Shown piece by piece: positions 16,397 through 25,383 of a stretch of DNA of 39,069 nucleotides. Made by a program: the position numbers and the translations under genes. Under the pieces are notes generated by a model. That model made no database searches. It was not told the origin of the DNA and saw only the letters and a program-made list of their open reading frames with translations. Location of the stretch: positions 1 to 39,069 of IMG/VR virus record IMGVR_UViG_3300006169_000162; one strand, given 5' to 3'. Within the stretch, counting starts at the first letter, position 1. Each line of letters starts with the position of its first letter. Source of the DNA: a virus. Taxonomy: Duplodnaviria > Caudoviricetes.

Positions 16397-16903
16397 TTAG
16401 CTTCCGATGATCGCGCGGATGGCGGCCATGCGGTCGACGCCGCCGATGCTGTAGATCCCGCCGATCGCGTCGATCTCGACCTCGACCCGGCCCTTGATCG
16501 TCCACTTGAGGTAGGAGAGGGTCGACTGGACCTTCCATTCGGTGTCCTCGCCGGCCTCGGCGCTGCCCGGGTCGAGTTCCATGTGCCGGCCGCGCGTGAC
16601 CAGCTCGGCCGCAACGGGAAGCCCGCCACTGTCCGACTGGTAGGCGCCGACGAAGCGGAGCATCGCGCCATCGGCGCTGGTCAGCCCGAACTGGCGCAGG
16701 ACGCCGACGACGATGCCGCCATAGGTCGCGGTCATTTCGAGCTTCTCGAGCCCGAGATCGGCGTCGACCGGCGCCAGCATGCCGGCGCCGCGATACTCCT
16801 CGCCAGCCATCTTGAGCTTCGGCAGCTCGATCTGCTTGGCCACGCCGAGATAGGACGTGCCGTCGTTGAAGACGTTGAACTGCTTGAGCTTGGCGGGAAG
16901 CAT
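16397..16903 (-). CDS. gpFII: Major tail tube protein, P2 FII family
   Basis: MLPAKLKQFNVFNDG, LPKL...EEYRGAGM, LRFVGAYQ, RGRHMELDPG. Confidence 0.96.
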   Translation of the reverse strand: MLPAKLKQFNVFNDGTSYLGVAKQIELPKLKMAGEEYRGAGMLAPVDADLGLEKLEMTATYGGIVVGVLRQFGLTSADGAMLRFVGAYQSDSGGLPVAAELVTRGRHMELDPGSAEAGEDTEWKVQSTLSYLKWTIKGRVEVEIDAIGGIYSIGGVDRMAAIRAIIGS

Positions 16904-16915
16904 CTCTTTTCCTTT

Positions 16916-16943
16916 CGCGCTACCGCTTCGCTACCTGAGCGCG
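16916..16943 (-). repeat. Bulged-hairpin repeat copy D
   Basis: CGCGCT-CAG-GTA-GC-GAA-GC-GGT-AGCGCG. Confidence 0.85.
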
Positions 16944-16971
16944 GCGGAGATTATTCTTCGTTTCCGGGCGA

Positions 16972-18459
16972 TCAGAGCCGCTGCAGCTGGTCGGCGAAGT
17001 TCGCGTAGAAGCGATCGGTGACGCGCTGGTTGAGCGTCAGCCCCTCGAGCGGCGCAGTGTCGGTGAACTCGTAATCGAGTGCGAGCCGGCCGCTGGCGAG
17101 ATAGGCCGCGGTGTTGAGGTCGGTGTCGAGCGGGAGCACCTCGCCGCCGATGATGCGGCCTTCGGCCTTCAGCTGGCGGAACGCGGCGTTGATCGTCTCG
17201 GTCACGTCGCGGACGAGCTGCGGCGTCAGCGGCTTGTCGATCGCCCAAGCAAGGCCTTCGGCGATCGTGTCCTGCAGCGCCTGGCTCGTGCGGACGCGGC
17301 TTTCGAACGCCCACTGCGCGTCGTCGGAGCAGGTGCGGTTGCCCCAGAAGCGGAAGCCGTTGAGGCGGACCATCGTGGTCACGTCGCCCGTGTTGAGCAC
17401 GCCGGCCGTGGTCGACTCGTCTTGCAGGTCGAAGAGGACGTCCTTGGTCAGGCCGCTCACACCGTTGACCGCGACGTTCGACAGGGTCTTGTGCCACCCC
17501 GTCTGCTCGTCGATCTTGGCGCGCATGCCAAGCGCGCGGGCAACCGCATCGCCGGGGAACTGGCCGCCGGTGGCGAAGTCCGGCCAGATCAGCATGAGCT
17601 CGCGAGCCGCGAAGTTCCCACGATAGAGGACGGCCGCCGCGGTGTCGGCGCCGATCGCGGCGGCGTAGACGAAACCGCGCAGCTTTTGCGCGGCGACGAC
17701 CATCGCCTCGGTCACGTCCTGGCTGTCGAGCCCGGGTGCGCCGAGAATGCGCGGTCGCACCCCGGTTTCGGCCTCGGCTGCGAGCAGCGCCTGAATGCCG
17801 CTCCCCTGGCCGTCGACCACGTCGCCGATGACGTTGACGGCGGTTGCCGCGTCGTCGGCGCCTTCGGCCACACGGACGACCACGAGAACCGGCGTCACCT
17901 GGTCGGCGATCGCCTCGAGCGTCGGGAGCAGCGTGCCGCCGTCGCCGGCCTTGGAAATGGCGTCACGGATGTCGGTCACCAGGACCGGGCGGTCGAGCGG
18001 GAAGGGCTCGTCCACGCCGCCTGCGAGGGCGGTAGCGGCGAGGGCGGTGACGACCCCGCTGCCGTCGCTGGCGCCCGTCGCGGCCACGGCGACAAGCGCA
18101 TTGGCGTCGGCGTCACCTTCGATCGCCGCCTCGAGCTGCGCGGCAGTGGTCGTAATCGCGCCGGCCACGCCGGTCGCGAGACTGACGGTGATCGCGTCAC
18201 CGACGACCGAAACGTCGATCGCGGCGTTGTTCGCGGCCGGATCGACCAGCGCGATCGTGGTCGCGTTGCCGAGCGCGCCGGCCTTCTTGCTGGTGAAGGT
18301 CAGCGCGTTATCGTTGGCCACGACGCCGATCGCGGCCGAAGCCTTGACGTCCGGCGTGGCATTCGGCGCCGTCGCGACCACGCCGATGACGGCCGTGGCG
18401 ACGATCTGCAGGGCGCGGGTGCCGGTGGCGGGCTCGGTGACCTTGATGCCGTGGAGCAT
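16972..18459 (-). CDS. gpFI: Tail sheath protein, P2 FI family, with N-terminal insertion
   Basis: HGIKVTE, PRILGAPGLD, GWHKTLSNV, GFRFWGNRTCS. Confidence 0.96.
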   Translation of the reverse strand: MLHGIKVTEPATGTRALQIVATAVIGVVATAPNATPDVKASAAIGVVANDNALTFTSKKAGALGNATTIALVDPAANNAAIDVSVVGDAITVSLATGVAGAITTTAAQLEAAIEGDADANALVAVAATGASDGSGVVTALAATALAGGVDEPFPLDRPVLVTDIRDAISKAGDGGTLLPTLEAIADQVTPVLVVVRVAEGADDAATAVNVIGDVVDGQGSGIQALLAAEAETGVRPRILGAPGLDSQDVTEAMVVAAQKLRGFVYAAAIGADTAAAVLYRGNFAARELMLIWPDFATGGQFPGDAVARALGMRAKIDEQTGWHKTLSNVAVNGVSGLTKDVLFDLQDESTTAGVLNTGDVTTMVRLNGFRFWGNRTCSDDAQWAFESRVRTSQALQDTIAEGLAWAIDKPLTPQLVRDVTETINAAFRQLKAEGRIIGGEVLPLDTDLNTAAYLASGRLALDYEFTDTAPLEGLTLNQRVTDRFYANFADQLQRL

Positions 18460-18474
18460 GAATCGGTTCCTTCG

Positions 18475-18843
18475 TTAGTTCAGGCGCGGGAGCGGCAATG
18501 TCAGCCGGGTGAAGCTGTTGGGCCGCGGAATGTCGGTGCGGTGGCCTTCGATCAGGAGCGCGGCCGTGCCGCCCCCCTGATCGCTACTTGGGCCCTTCTC
18601 GAGAAGGCAGCGGGTGAGCTTGAGCTCGGGCAGCCAGCGGCCGAGCGCGCCGGCCGTGGCGGCGTAGATCTGCAGCAACGTCGCCGGATTGAGCGGCTGA
18701 TCGAGCAGCGCCGGCAGGAGCGATCCGTAGTCGCGGCGCATCACGCGCGTTCCGATCGGCGTCAGCAGGACGTCGGCGATCGCCTGGCCGAGCCAGGCGT
18801 CGTCCTCGAGCGCCTGCCCGGTGGTTGCGTTCATGCCCTTCAT
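18475..18843 (-). CDS. gpW: Baseplate wedge protein, gpW/gp25 family
   Basis: GMNATTGQAL...IADVLLTPIGTRVMRRDYGS; start ATG 18843. Confidence 0.93.
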   Translation of the reverse strand: MKGMNATTGQALEDDAWLGQAIADVLLTPIGTRVMRRDYGSLLPALLDQPLNPATLLQIYAATAGALGRWLPELKLTRCLLEKGPSSDQGGGTAALLIEGHRTDIPRPNSFTRLTLPLPRLN

Positions 18844-19007
18844 CAGGCGATCCTCTCGATCGCCGCGCGCAGAGACGACCATGCCGTCAGCGGTAGCCAG
18901 GTTACCGCCCGCCGAAGACGGCGGCGAGCCGGCAACCCGCCGTCGACCCTCCACCAGAGCCAGCTCGTGCCGACCCACAGTCCGGCGATGAAGGAAAGCG
19001 CCAGCAT
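18843..19007 (-). CDS. Small Trp-rich membrane peptide between V and W, 54 aa (not in ORF track)
   Basis: MLALSFIAGLWVGTSWLWWRVD...; TGATG overlap at both ends. Confidence 0.65.
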   Translation of the reverse strand: MLALSFIAGLWVGTSWLWWRVDGGLPARRRLRRAVTWLPLTAWSSLRAAIERIA

Positions 19008-19588
19008 CAGAGCGGCTCACCGCTCTGACCGCCGCCGGGCTGAACGCCGGGGTGCTTGTGGCTCTTCAGACTCTTGCCGCCGCCGATCGCGTCCTCGTCG
19101 GCCGTGAGGGTGCCGGATACGCTGGCGTCGCCGTCGATCGAGACATCGCCGGCGATGCTGACGTTACCCTCGATCTCGACGCCGCCGGGTGCGATCATGC
19201 GGATCTTCGCGCCGGCCGGCAGAAGGAAGTCGAGCTGATGGGCCTCGGGATCGTAGGCGAGCAGCGCGCCGTCTTCGAACGCGACGAGCTCGCGCTTGCT
19301 GTTGCCGGCGATCGGGAACGCAGTCTGCGGGAGCGCGCCGAGCGCGATCGCCGCCTCGATGTCGCCGGCCGGGCAGAACAGCAGAACCTGCTCGCCTTCG
19401 GACGGCGGCGACCAGATGCGCGTGCGGCCCTGGCGCCCGGTGGAGAAGGGAATCGCGGCGGTGACGACGTCGCCGGTTTCGACGGTCACCGTTCCGGCCT
19501 CGAGGTCGACCGACGCCACGGTCCCGAGACGCAGGAAGGCGGCCGGATCGAACGGCTCTTCGTCGGCGGAATGGGCGGCGCGGACCAT
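19007..19588 (-). CDS. gpV: Baseplate spike protein, P2 gpV family
   Basis: LRLGTVASVD, WSPPSEGEQVLL, C-terminal SLKSHKHPGV iron-binding HxH. Confidence 0.95.
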   Translation of the reverse strand: MVRAAHSADEEPFDPAAFLRLGTVASVDLEAGTVTVETGDVVTAAIPFSTGRQGRTRIWSPPSEGEQVLLFCPAGDIEAAIALGALPQTAFPIAGNSKRELVAFEDGALLAYDPEAHQLDFLLPAGAKIRMIAPGGVEIEGNVSIAGDVSIDGDASVSGTLTADEDAIGGGKSLKSHKHPGVQPGGGQSGEPL

Positions 19589-19634
19589 GACGCGGCACTG
19601 TGCCGCGCAAGGCGCGCGCCGGGCGAGCGGGGGC

Positions 19635-19660
19635 TGTTGTATCGGCGGGGCGTTACAACA
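19635..19660. promoter_or_regulatory. Late promoter activator (Ogr) box upstream of V
   Basis: TGTTGTA-N12-TACAACA palindrome, present three times in the window, each ahead of a late operon. Confidence 0.85.
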
Positions 19661-19686
19661 GGGACGCTATCGCGGGCTGATACCGG

Positions 19687-20418
19687 TCACGCAACCTCGA
19701 CGCCGGCCCATTCGCGAGCCCAGATGTAGACCTTCCTGAACTCCGCGAGGGTGAGAACCCGGTCGAGCTGGCCGACCCCGGCGATATCAACCTTCGGGTT
19801 CACGGCCGCATCGGCTAGCTGGTCGCCGCCGATCATGACCGGGCCGGCGTTGCGTACAGGAGCAGCCGGATCGACGAACGGCGCCGACTGATAGACCTCG
19901 CCGCCGAATCCCCAGGTCGCCTGGATGGTCTTGGCCGCGGTGTCGAGCGTCATGGCGACGAAGTGGAACTGCGCGTGCGGCGGCGCCGGAGTGCCGATGC
20001 CGGCCTGCCACTGCGGCGCGGCGCCGTCGGCCTGAACGGCGACATTGGCACAAAGCAGACCGCCGCTGACCGTGCCGTTAAGCCGGCCAACAAGCCCGCG
20101 CCACGTCGTCGAGTCGGTGATCGGCGTAAGCTGCCGGGCGATCGCGAAGCGGGTGTAGTCGGCGAGCTCGTTCTCGTTCGTCGCCATCAGCATGTGGTTC
20201 GCTGCCGAGGCCAGCAGGAAGGAGATATACTGCTCCTCGTAGGTCAGCGCGCCGACGACCGAGGCGTTGCCGCGGTCGGCGACCAGGTTGTCGTTCGAGC
20301 TGTCCGCGTCGCCGCCCAGCTTGAAGAGGTCCTTGAGCGCGTCGGGCACGGGGAAGCCCGCATAGCCGAGCGGATCGACCGTCGGCGTGATCGCTCCGTT
20401 GTTGATGTCGATACCCAT
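19687..20418 (-). CDS. Accessory tail protein, probable concanavalin A/LamG-like beta-sandwich, 243 aa
   Basis: AGGAG RBS before ATG 20418; FHFVAMTLD and DRVLTLAEFRKVY resemble LamG motifs. Confidence 0.65.
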   Translation of the reverse strand: MGIDINNGAITPTVDPLGYAGFPVPDALKDLFKLGGDADSSNDNLVADRGNASVVGALTYEEQYISFLLASAANHMLMATNENELADYTRFAIARQLTPITDSTTWRGLVGRLNGTVSGGLLCANVAVQADGAAPQWQAGIGTPAPPHAQFHFVAMTLDTAAKTIQATWGFGGEVYQSAPFVDPAAPVRNAGPVMIGGDQLADAAVNPKVDIAGVGQLDRVLTLAEFRKVYIWAREWAGVEVA

Positions 20419-20435
20419 CGGATTGCTCCTGTTCG

Positions 20436-22124
20436 TCAGAAGGGTGCGGTGCGGAAGGCGACGAGCCAGCGATCGTCGCGCGAGCGGAACTGGCTTTCGT
20501 CGCTGCGAACGTTCCCGCGCCACTTGTTCGGATAAGTCAGGTCGGTCCCGGCATCGGCGTAACCGAGTTGCCAGCCCACCGGCAGCGGGTCCTCCGCGAC
20601 GATCCTGATCTTCCCGGTGCCCGGGATAATCGTGACGCTTTCGATCGCCAGCGGCGCGCCGCCGGCGTCGTAGGCGTTGAACCCGTAGTTTGCCGCTTCG
20701 GCGACCTTCGTGGTGTCGAGTACCAGCGAACCGCGCTCGAGCGTGGTGTCGAGCAGCGCGACCCGGCCCTGGCTGCGCAAGCTCGCGGGACGCAGGGGCT
20801 GGTAATCCTCCCCGTCGATCGCGACGCGCTTGATCGCCTGCGCGAAGTCCCTTCCGCTCTGCGCCGCTTCCGTGCCCGGGATATGGACGTTGGCTGCGCC
20901 GAGCGACTGGAACTGGTATGACGGGCCGCAGCAATAGAGGTTGTCGAAGGCGTCGAGGCCGGCGACCTGGCTGGCATAGCGGGACTGCGCCGACGTCGCG
21001 TTGGCCGGGGTGGAATCCAGGACCGGCGCCTGCCAGGTGATGAGCGGAACCGGCCGATGATCGGCATCGTGGGCAAGGGCGAAGCCTTCGATCAGCTGGC
21101 GACCGGCTTCGAGCTCGGCGGGATATTCGGCGATTGCGTCGCCGGGCAGGCCGGGCTCGTCGCTCGCGCCCACGTTCTGGCGGATGGTGATGGCCAGGAC
21201 CCGCCAGCTCTTCCCTTCGACAGCGCAGACGCTGGCCAGTTGCGCGATCGCGTCCTCGGCGCTGGCCATGTAAGGGCCGGCGGGATCGAACAGGGTTTCG
21301 ATCGACTGTGAGCCTTCGCCCACCGCGGCGAACAGGAACTTGGGGCCGTCGGCGTTCGGCGGGATGTTGTTGTGGTCGCGCAGCAGCTCGACCAGGCGGT
21401 TGCCGCAGGCGATCGCGCCGGTCTCGCCGAGGGCGGCGGTGGGGTGAAGATCGGTGCCCGTTTCCGCCAGCTCGACGCCGGTGACGAACGACTGCAAGGC
21501 GGAGGCGTTCTCCGCGACCGTGTCCTGCTGGCGCACCCCGCCGTTGAAGGTGATCACCTGCGCGAATCGCGACTGGCTGTTGATGACCGGCAGCGATTCG
21601 TACCCGAAGTCCCACGACTGGCCGGGCAGGAGGACGAGGTTCACGTCGGCAAGGTCGACCGGGATGCGATCGGCCGGGCCGTAGAACAGCCGCTCGACGT
21701 AGGCGGCCGAAGCGACAAGCCGCGCTGCGTAGAGATCCGCGATACGGCGCTGCCCGGTTCCGGTCAGTGCCTCGATAATCTCGCCTTCGTCGGTCAGGGT
21801 CCGCTGGCCGGGCGCGTCGCGGTTGCTCAAGCTGTCGCCGGATGCGAAGCCGAAGGCGCGCGAAAGCAACGAATCGCGAAACGATCCGCTGATGAACTCC
21901 CACGCGCCGGTCTCCATGTCGATCCGCGCCATGATCGACCTGTCGAGCCGGTTGACCAGGCGGATGAACTTGCCGGCCACCGAGGGGAAGACCGGAAGGA
22001 GTTCGGAGATCGTGGACCGCAACGTCTCGAAGACGCCGGGCTCGGTTTCCTTGACGACGGGGACGGCTTCACTGCCGTCGACCTCGGCGGGGTCGAGGGA
22101 ATCGAGTTCGGTGATCTTGGCCAT
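20436..22124 (-). CDS. Tail spike-like protein with SGNH/carbohydrate-esterase-like domain
   Basis: MAKITEL tail-spike-like N-terminus; LLPGQSW nucleophile motif, AVGEGSQSI, late NVH histidine motif. Confidence 0.65.
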   Translation of the reverse strand: MAKITELDSLDPAEVDGSEAVPVVKETEPGVFETLRSTISELLPVFPSVAGKFIRLVNRLDRSIMARIDMETGAWEFISGSFRDSLLSRAFGFASGDSLSNRDAPGQRTLTDEGEIIEALTGTGQRRIADLYAARLVASAAYVERLFYGPADRIPVDLADVNLVLLPGQSWDFGYESLPVINSQSRFAQVITFNGGVRQQDTVAENASALQSFVTGVELAETGTDLHPTAALGETGAIACGNRLVELLRDHNNIPPNADGPKFLFAAVGEGSQSIETLFDPAGPYMASAEDAIAQLASVCAVEGKSWRVLAITIRQNVGASDEPGLPGDAIAEYPAELEAGRQLIEGFALAHDADHRPVPLITWQAPVLDSTPANATSAQSRYASQVAGLDAFDNLYCCGPSYQFQSLGAANVHIPGTEAAQSGRDFAQAIKRVAIDGEDYQPLRPASLRSQGRVALLDTTLERGSLVLDTTKVAEAANYGFNAYDAGGAPLAIESVTIIPGTGKIRIVAEDPLPVGWQLGYADAGTDLTYPNKWRGNVRSDESQFRSRDDRWLVAFRTAPF

Positions 22125-22606
22125 CAGGCGTGTCCTTGTTCAGGCCAGAGCGGGTGTTCGCGTACTGCGAAGCGGGAGAGCTTCCCGGCGGGCGTCAGCG
22201 TCACTTCGGCCTCGATCGCGTCCGAGGCAGCGCGGACGGCGTCGATCGCGGCGAAGCGACTACTTGCCGCCGAATGATCCTTCGCCTGCTCGCTGGTATG
22301 GGCTGGGGTCGCCAAAAGGCGGAGGTCGTTGAGCTGGCGCCAGGGCGGGCTGGTCGCCTCGATCCGCCGTGCGGCCTCGCGCTTGACGGCGCGCAGCAGC
22401 TCGGCGCGCTGGTCGATCTTGGCGCGGACCAGGCGGGGCTTGCCGGTCTCCGGCTCCGGCTCGATCTCGCCGCCTTCGGCCTGCCCCGCGATCAGCTTCT
22501 GCCGCTGCGCTTCGGTGACCGGCACCGCGTCGGCCGGGATTTGCGACGGCACGTGGACCTCTTCGAGATAGAAGCCGCGGGTCGAGGGGCTGTAATAGCG
22601 CTTCAT
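22124..22606 (-). CDS. Tail fibre assembly protein
   Basis: MKRYYSPSTRGFY...IPADAVPVT pattern; GGAGGTG RBS. Confidence 0.85.
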   Translation of the reverse strand: MKRYYSPSTRGFYLEEVHVPSQIPADAVPVTEAQRQKLIAGQAEGGEIEPEPETGKPRLVRAKIDQRAELLRAVKREAARRIEATSPPWRQLNDLRLLATPAHTSEQAKDHSAASSRFAAIDAVRAASDAIEAEVTLTPAGKLSRFAVREHPLWPEQGHA

Positions 22607-22608
22607 GA

Positions 22609-23661
22609 TCACCTCCCGATCGAGATCCATCCGAAGCCCGACGACGCGGCGGCGTTGTTGACGACGGTTCCCTGCGTCAGGGTCCAGCTGGACCCTGCGG
22701 TGTTGCCCTCGTTGCCGGTGTCGGTGTTGTTGCCGGCGGCGATGAACTTGTTGACCGAGCTGTAGGCCACCGGGAAGGTCACCGTGGTCGAGCTGTCGCC
22801 GCCGCAGGTGCCGTTGCCGGCCTGGACGATCACGTCGCCGATCTGGAAGACGAGCGCGGCGCCCGAGACGTAGGACGCCGGGATGAGGCTCAACAGGCCG
22901 AGCGGCGTGACCGCGACATCGTCGAGCGCGCGGGCGAGAGTTTCGGCGCCGCTTGCCTTGGTCACCGTCACGACGCGGCTCGCAGTCAGGTCGCCGCCGC
23001 CGGTGGCGAGACCGCCGCCGGTGATCGTGCGCGCGAGCAGCGCGTCGATCAGCGCCTGCAGCGCGTCGTCGCCGTCGCCGCGATCGACGATCTCGGCGGC
23101 GAGGTCGGCGATGACCGGGGCGAGGAGGGCGGAAAGGCGCTCGGCGAGCTTCAACGGGGTGACGATGCGCTCGTCGTCGAGCCCGGCGTCGACCTCGGCT
23201 TGGGTGGCGAGTTCCGCGACGCCCTTCTCGATCTCGGTGGCGGGCGGATAGAGGAAGGTCGCGTCGCCGAATTCGATCGCGCCGGCGATGTCGTTCGAAA
23301 AGGCGCAGTCGAAGGCGAGCAGGAAGCTGGCGATCGAGACCTTGTTGAAGATCGGATCGGCCTGGCTGAAGGCCGCGAACAGCGTTCCGTCCGCGAGGTA
23401 GAGCCCCAGCGAGCGCAGCTCGTAAGTGTCCGCGCTGGCGTCGGTTGCGGTCATGTGGATGATGTTGTCGGCCGCGGACTGGCCAGCGATGCCGGGGATA
23501 CGCTTGAACTCGCCGGGGATCCCGATCAGCGTCGGCGCGACGTCGAACGTGTCTTCGCTAAGCCCGATTTCCGTGATCTCGATCGGATCGGTGACCGCGT
23601 TCTCGGCGTCGACCAGCGCGTCGAGGCCGGCCGCGGTGATCATCATGGTCAGCGGGAGCAT
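22609..23661 (-). CDS. Tail fibre protein (P2 gpH position), 350 aa
   Basis: ITAAG N-terminus, LGLYLADGTLFA, PATEIEKGVAELATQAEV repeat, C-terminal IVQAG...VTFPVAY...WISIGR. Confidence 0.88.
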   Translation of the reverse strand: MLPLTMMITAAGLDALVDAENAVTDPIEITEIGLSEDTFDVAPTLIGIPGEFKRIPGIAGQSAADNIIHMTATDASADTYELRSLGLYLADGTLFAAFSQADPIFNKVSIASFLLAFDCAFSNDIAGAIEFGDATFLYPPATEIEKGVAELATQAEVDAGLDDERIVTPLKLAERLSALLAPVIADLAAEIVDRGDGDDALQALIDALLARTITGGGLATGGGDLTASRVVTVTKASGAETLARALDDVAVTPLGLLSLIPASYVSGAALVFQIGDVIVQAGNGTCGGDSSTTVTFPVAYSSVNKFIAAGNNTDTGNEGNTAGSSWTLTQGTVVNNAAASSGFGWISIGR

Positions 23662-23695
23662 CAGCCAGCCCTCATGTAGCGGAGCGATAGGGCCA

Positions 23696-24334
23696 TCACG
23701 TGGTCTCCAGAAATTCGCCGTCGTGGGCGGCGATCGGCTCGCCCAGCTCGGTTTGCAGGTAGTCGGCCCACTCGGGCTCAAGCGCCGTGTCGCGGTCCAT
23801 CCCGGCATCGACGCGCAGGAAGCCCGCCAGCTGGGCGGGCGCGAGCAGGTAGGCCGCTGCCTGCATGGTCAGCTTGTGGACCGCCAGCATATGGGAGCGG
23901 AGGGGCTTGACCGCCGCGATGTCGCGCAGCAACGCCGCAACCAGCGCCTCGTCGTATTCGACCTCGGTCTCGGCCCAGAGCGGCAGCTCGAGGCGGAAGG
24001 TGTGCGGTTCCAGCGTTTCCTTGTCCTCGAACCATTCGACCAGGTCGATCAGCGGATCGAAGCGGTCGAGCACGCCGCGCAAGCTGGCGCGGGTGCCCTT
24101 GCGCCGCTGCGCTTCGATCGCACCGGCCACTGCTTCGCGCTTCTGCGCCTCGGTCCACGCCGTATCCCACAGGTCGATCGACAGGCCCCATGCGATCCAC
24201 GGCAGCAGGAAGGCCGGGCAAGTCGCCGGATTCCACGCCTCGCGGATCGGCACCGGCACGTCAGCCAGGCGCGCGGTGGCGACCTCGATCGCCCGCTCGG
24301 CCGGCGTGGTGTTGGGCGGAAGGAGCGACGTCAC
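23696..24334 (-). CDS. gpI: Tail protein I
   Basis: SLLPPN, WNPATCPAFLLPWIAW, RRKGT, KPLRSH. Confidence 0.95.
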   Translation of the reverse strand: MTSLLPPNTTPAERAIEVATARLADVPVPIREAWNPATCPAFLLPWIAWGLSIDLWDTAWTEAQKREAVAGAIEAQRRKGTRASLRGVLDRFDPLIDLVEWFEDKETLEPHTFRLELPLWAETEVEYDEALVAALLRDIAAVKPLRSHMLAVHKLTMQAAAYLLAPAQLAGFLRVDAGMDRDTALEPEWADYLQTELGEPIAAHDGEFLETT

Positions 24335-25233
24335 TCGTCAATCCCCGCGATCGTCACGGCGATCTCGCCGGGAGAGGCAACTTGCAGCGCGGTCACGACG
24401 ACGTCGGCCGCCGGCAGCACGAGGCCCACGCGCTGGACGCCGGCGACGTGAAGCGCGGCCATCAGGGCAGACCGGGGAATGTCGCGGCCGAGGCGGTGGG
24501 AATCGGCGAGATACGAGGTCAACGCGGCCGATGCCGTGTCGGCGATCAGCTGGGCGTCGGGCCCGGCGTAGAGCGTGAGCTCCGCCTCGATGTCGAACGA
24601 CACGAGCTCGGCGGACTGAACGGTGACCTCGTCGGTCAGCGGCCGGACGTCGTCGGCGCTGAGCGCGGCATTGACCGCGGCGAGCAGTGGGGCGTCCGCC
24701 GTGCCATCGCCCGTGCGCGAGAGGACCGAGACGACAACTTCGCCCGGCGCCGGGCTGGTGGCCGAAGCATCGAGCACGTCGGGATCGGCGGAGAGGGCGT
24801 GAAAGACGTAGGCGCTGGTCGGGCCAGCGACGGAGTAGGAATCGGGTGCGAGCAGAACGCGCCGGCGCAGATCTTCGTCGCTTTCCATGACCGCCTCGAT
24901 CCCGTCGTCGGGATCGGCCGGTGAAAGCTCGAGCCGCGCGACGCCGAAGATCGCCGCCAGATTGTCGAGATCGCTGCCAGTGGCATACGCGATCATGTTG
25001 GCGCGCGTGGCTTCGTTGATCCGCTGCCGCAAGTTGAGCTCGCGATAGGCGCAGACCTGCAGCAGCTTCATGGCCGGATCGCTGTCGCTCAGCGCGTCGA
25101 GCGTCGGGGCGAGCGCGACCAGCTCGGCGCGCATCGCGGCGAAGATCGTCTCGAAGTCGAGCTTCTCGACCACGTTCGGCGCGGGCAGCCGCGAGAGGTC
25201 GACCGCGGTCGATGAAGAAATGGAGCCCGGCAT
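24331..25233 (-). CDS. gpJ: Baseplate assembly protein J
   Basis: VDLSRLPAPNVVE, ATGSDLDNLAA, SVAGPTSAYVFHALSAD, VRPLTDEV. Confidence 0.96.
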   Translation of the reverse strand: MPGSISSSTAVDLSRLPAPNVVEKLDFETIFAAMRAELVALAPTLDALSDSDPAMKLLQVCAYRELNLRQRINEATRANMIAYATGSDLDNLAAIFGVARLELSPADPDDGIEAVMESDEDLRRRVLLAPDSYSVAGPTSAYVFHALSADPDVLDASATSPAPGEVVVSVLSRTGDGTADAPLLAAVNAALSADDVRPLTDEVTVQSAELVSFDIEAELTLYAGPDAQLIADTASAALTSYLADSHRLGRDIPRSALMAALHVAGVQRVGLVLPAADVVVTALQVASPGEIAVTIAGIDE

Positions 25234-25245
25234 AGAGCTGGCGGT

Positions 25246-25271
25246 GTCCTATCGCTGCGCTGCTTGAGGAC
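25246..25271 (-). repeat. Bulged-hairpin repeat copy E
   Basis: GTCCT-CAA-GCA-GC-GCA-GC-GAT-AGGAC (compensatory outer stem). Confidence 0.8.
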
Positions 25272-25312
25272 GCAGCTATCGCGCGTGCGGCGCGCCGGCG
25301 GCGAGGCGGGGC

Positions 25313-25338
25313 TGTTGTATCGGCGGGGCGTTACAACA
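25313..25338. promoter_or_regulatory. Late promoter activator (Ogr) box upstream of J
   Basis: TGTTGTATCGGCGGGGCGTTACAACA, identical to the copy at 19635. Confidence 0.85.
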
Positions 25339-25347
25339 CGCTTGTTG

Positions 25348-25377
25348 GCGCTACCGCGCTTCGCGCTACTTGAGCGC
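25348..25377 (-). repeat. Bulged-hairpin repeat copy F
   Basis: GCGCT-CAA-GTA-GCGC-GAA-GCGC-GGT-AGCGC. Confidence 0.85.
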
Positions 25378-25383
25378 GGGGCC

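Noticed and set aside
18305-18320. ANDN peptide in the tail sheath
   Set aside because: Single internal occurrence in a likely folded domain; probably chance
18574-18595. Partial CAAGTAGCGA match to the hairpin family inside gpW
   Set aside because: Inner stem and outer pairing do not form; within coding sequence
20419-21903. 738-aa ORF implying a frameshift fusion of the two accessory tail genes
   Set aside because: Upstream part is an Arg-rich off-frame reading of the spike gene; the downstream gene has its own AGGAG RBS and ATG at 20418
19687-23661. Invertible tail-fibre cassette or diversity-generating retroelement
   Set aside because: No invertase, reverse transcriptase, flanking inverted sites or template/variable repeat pair seen
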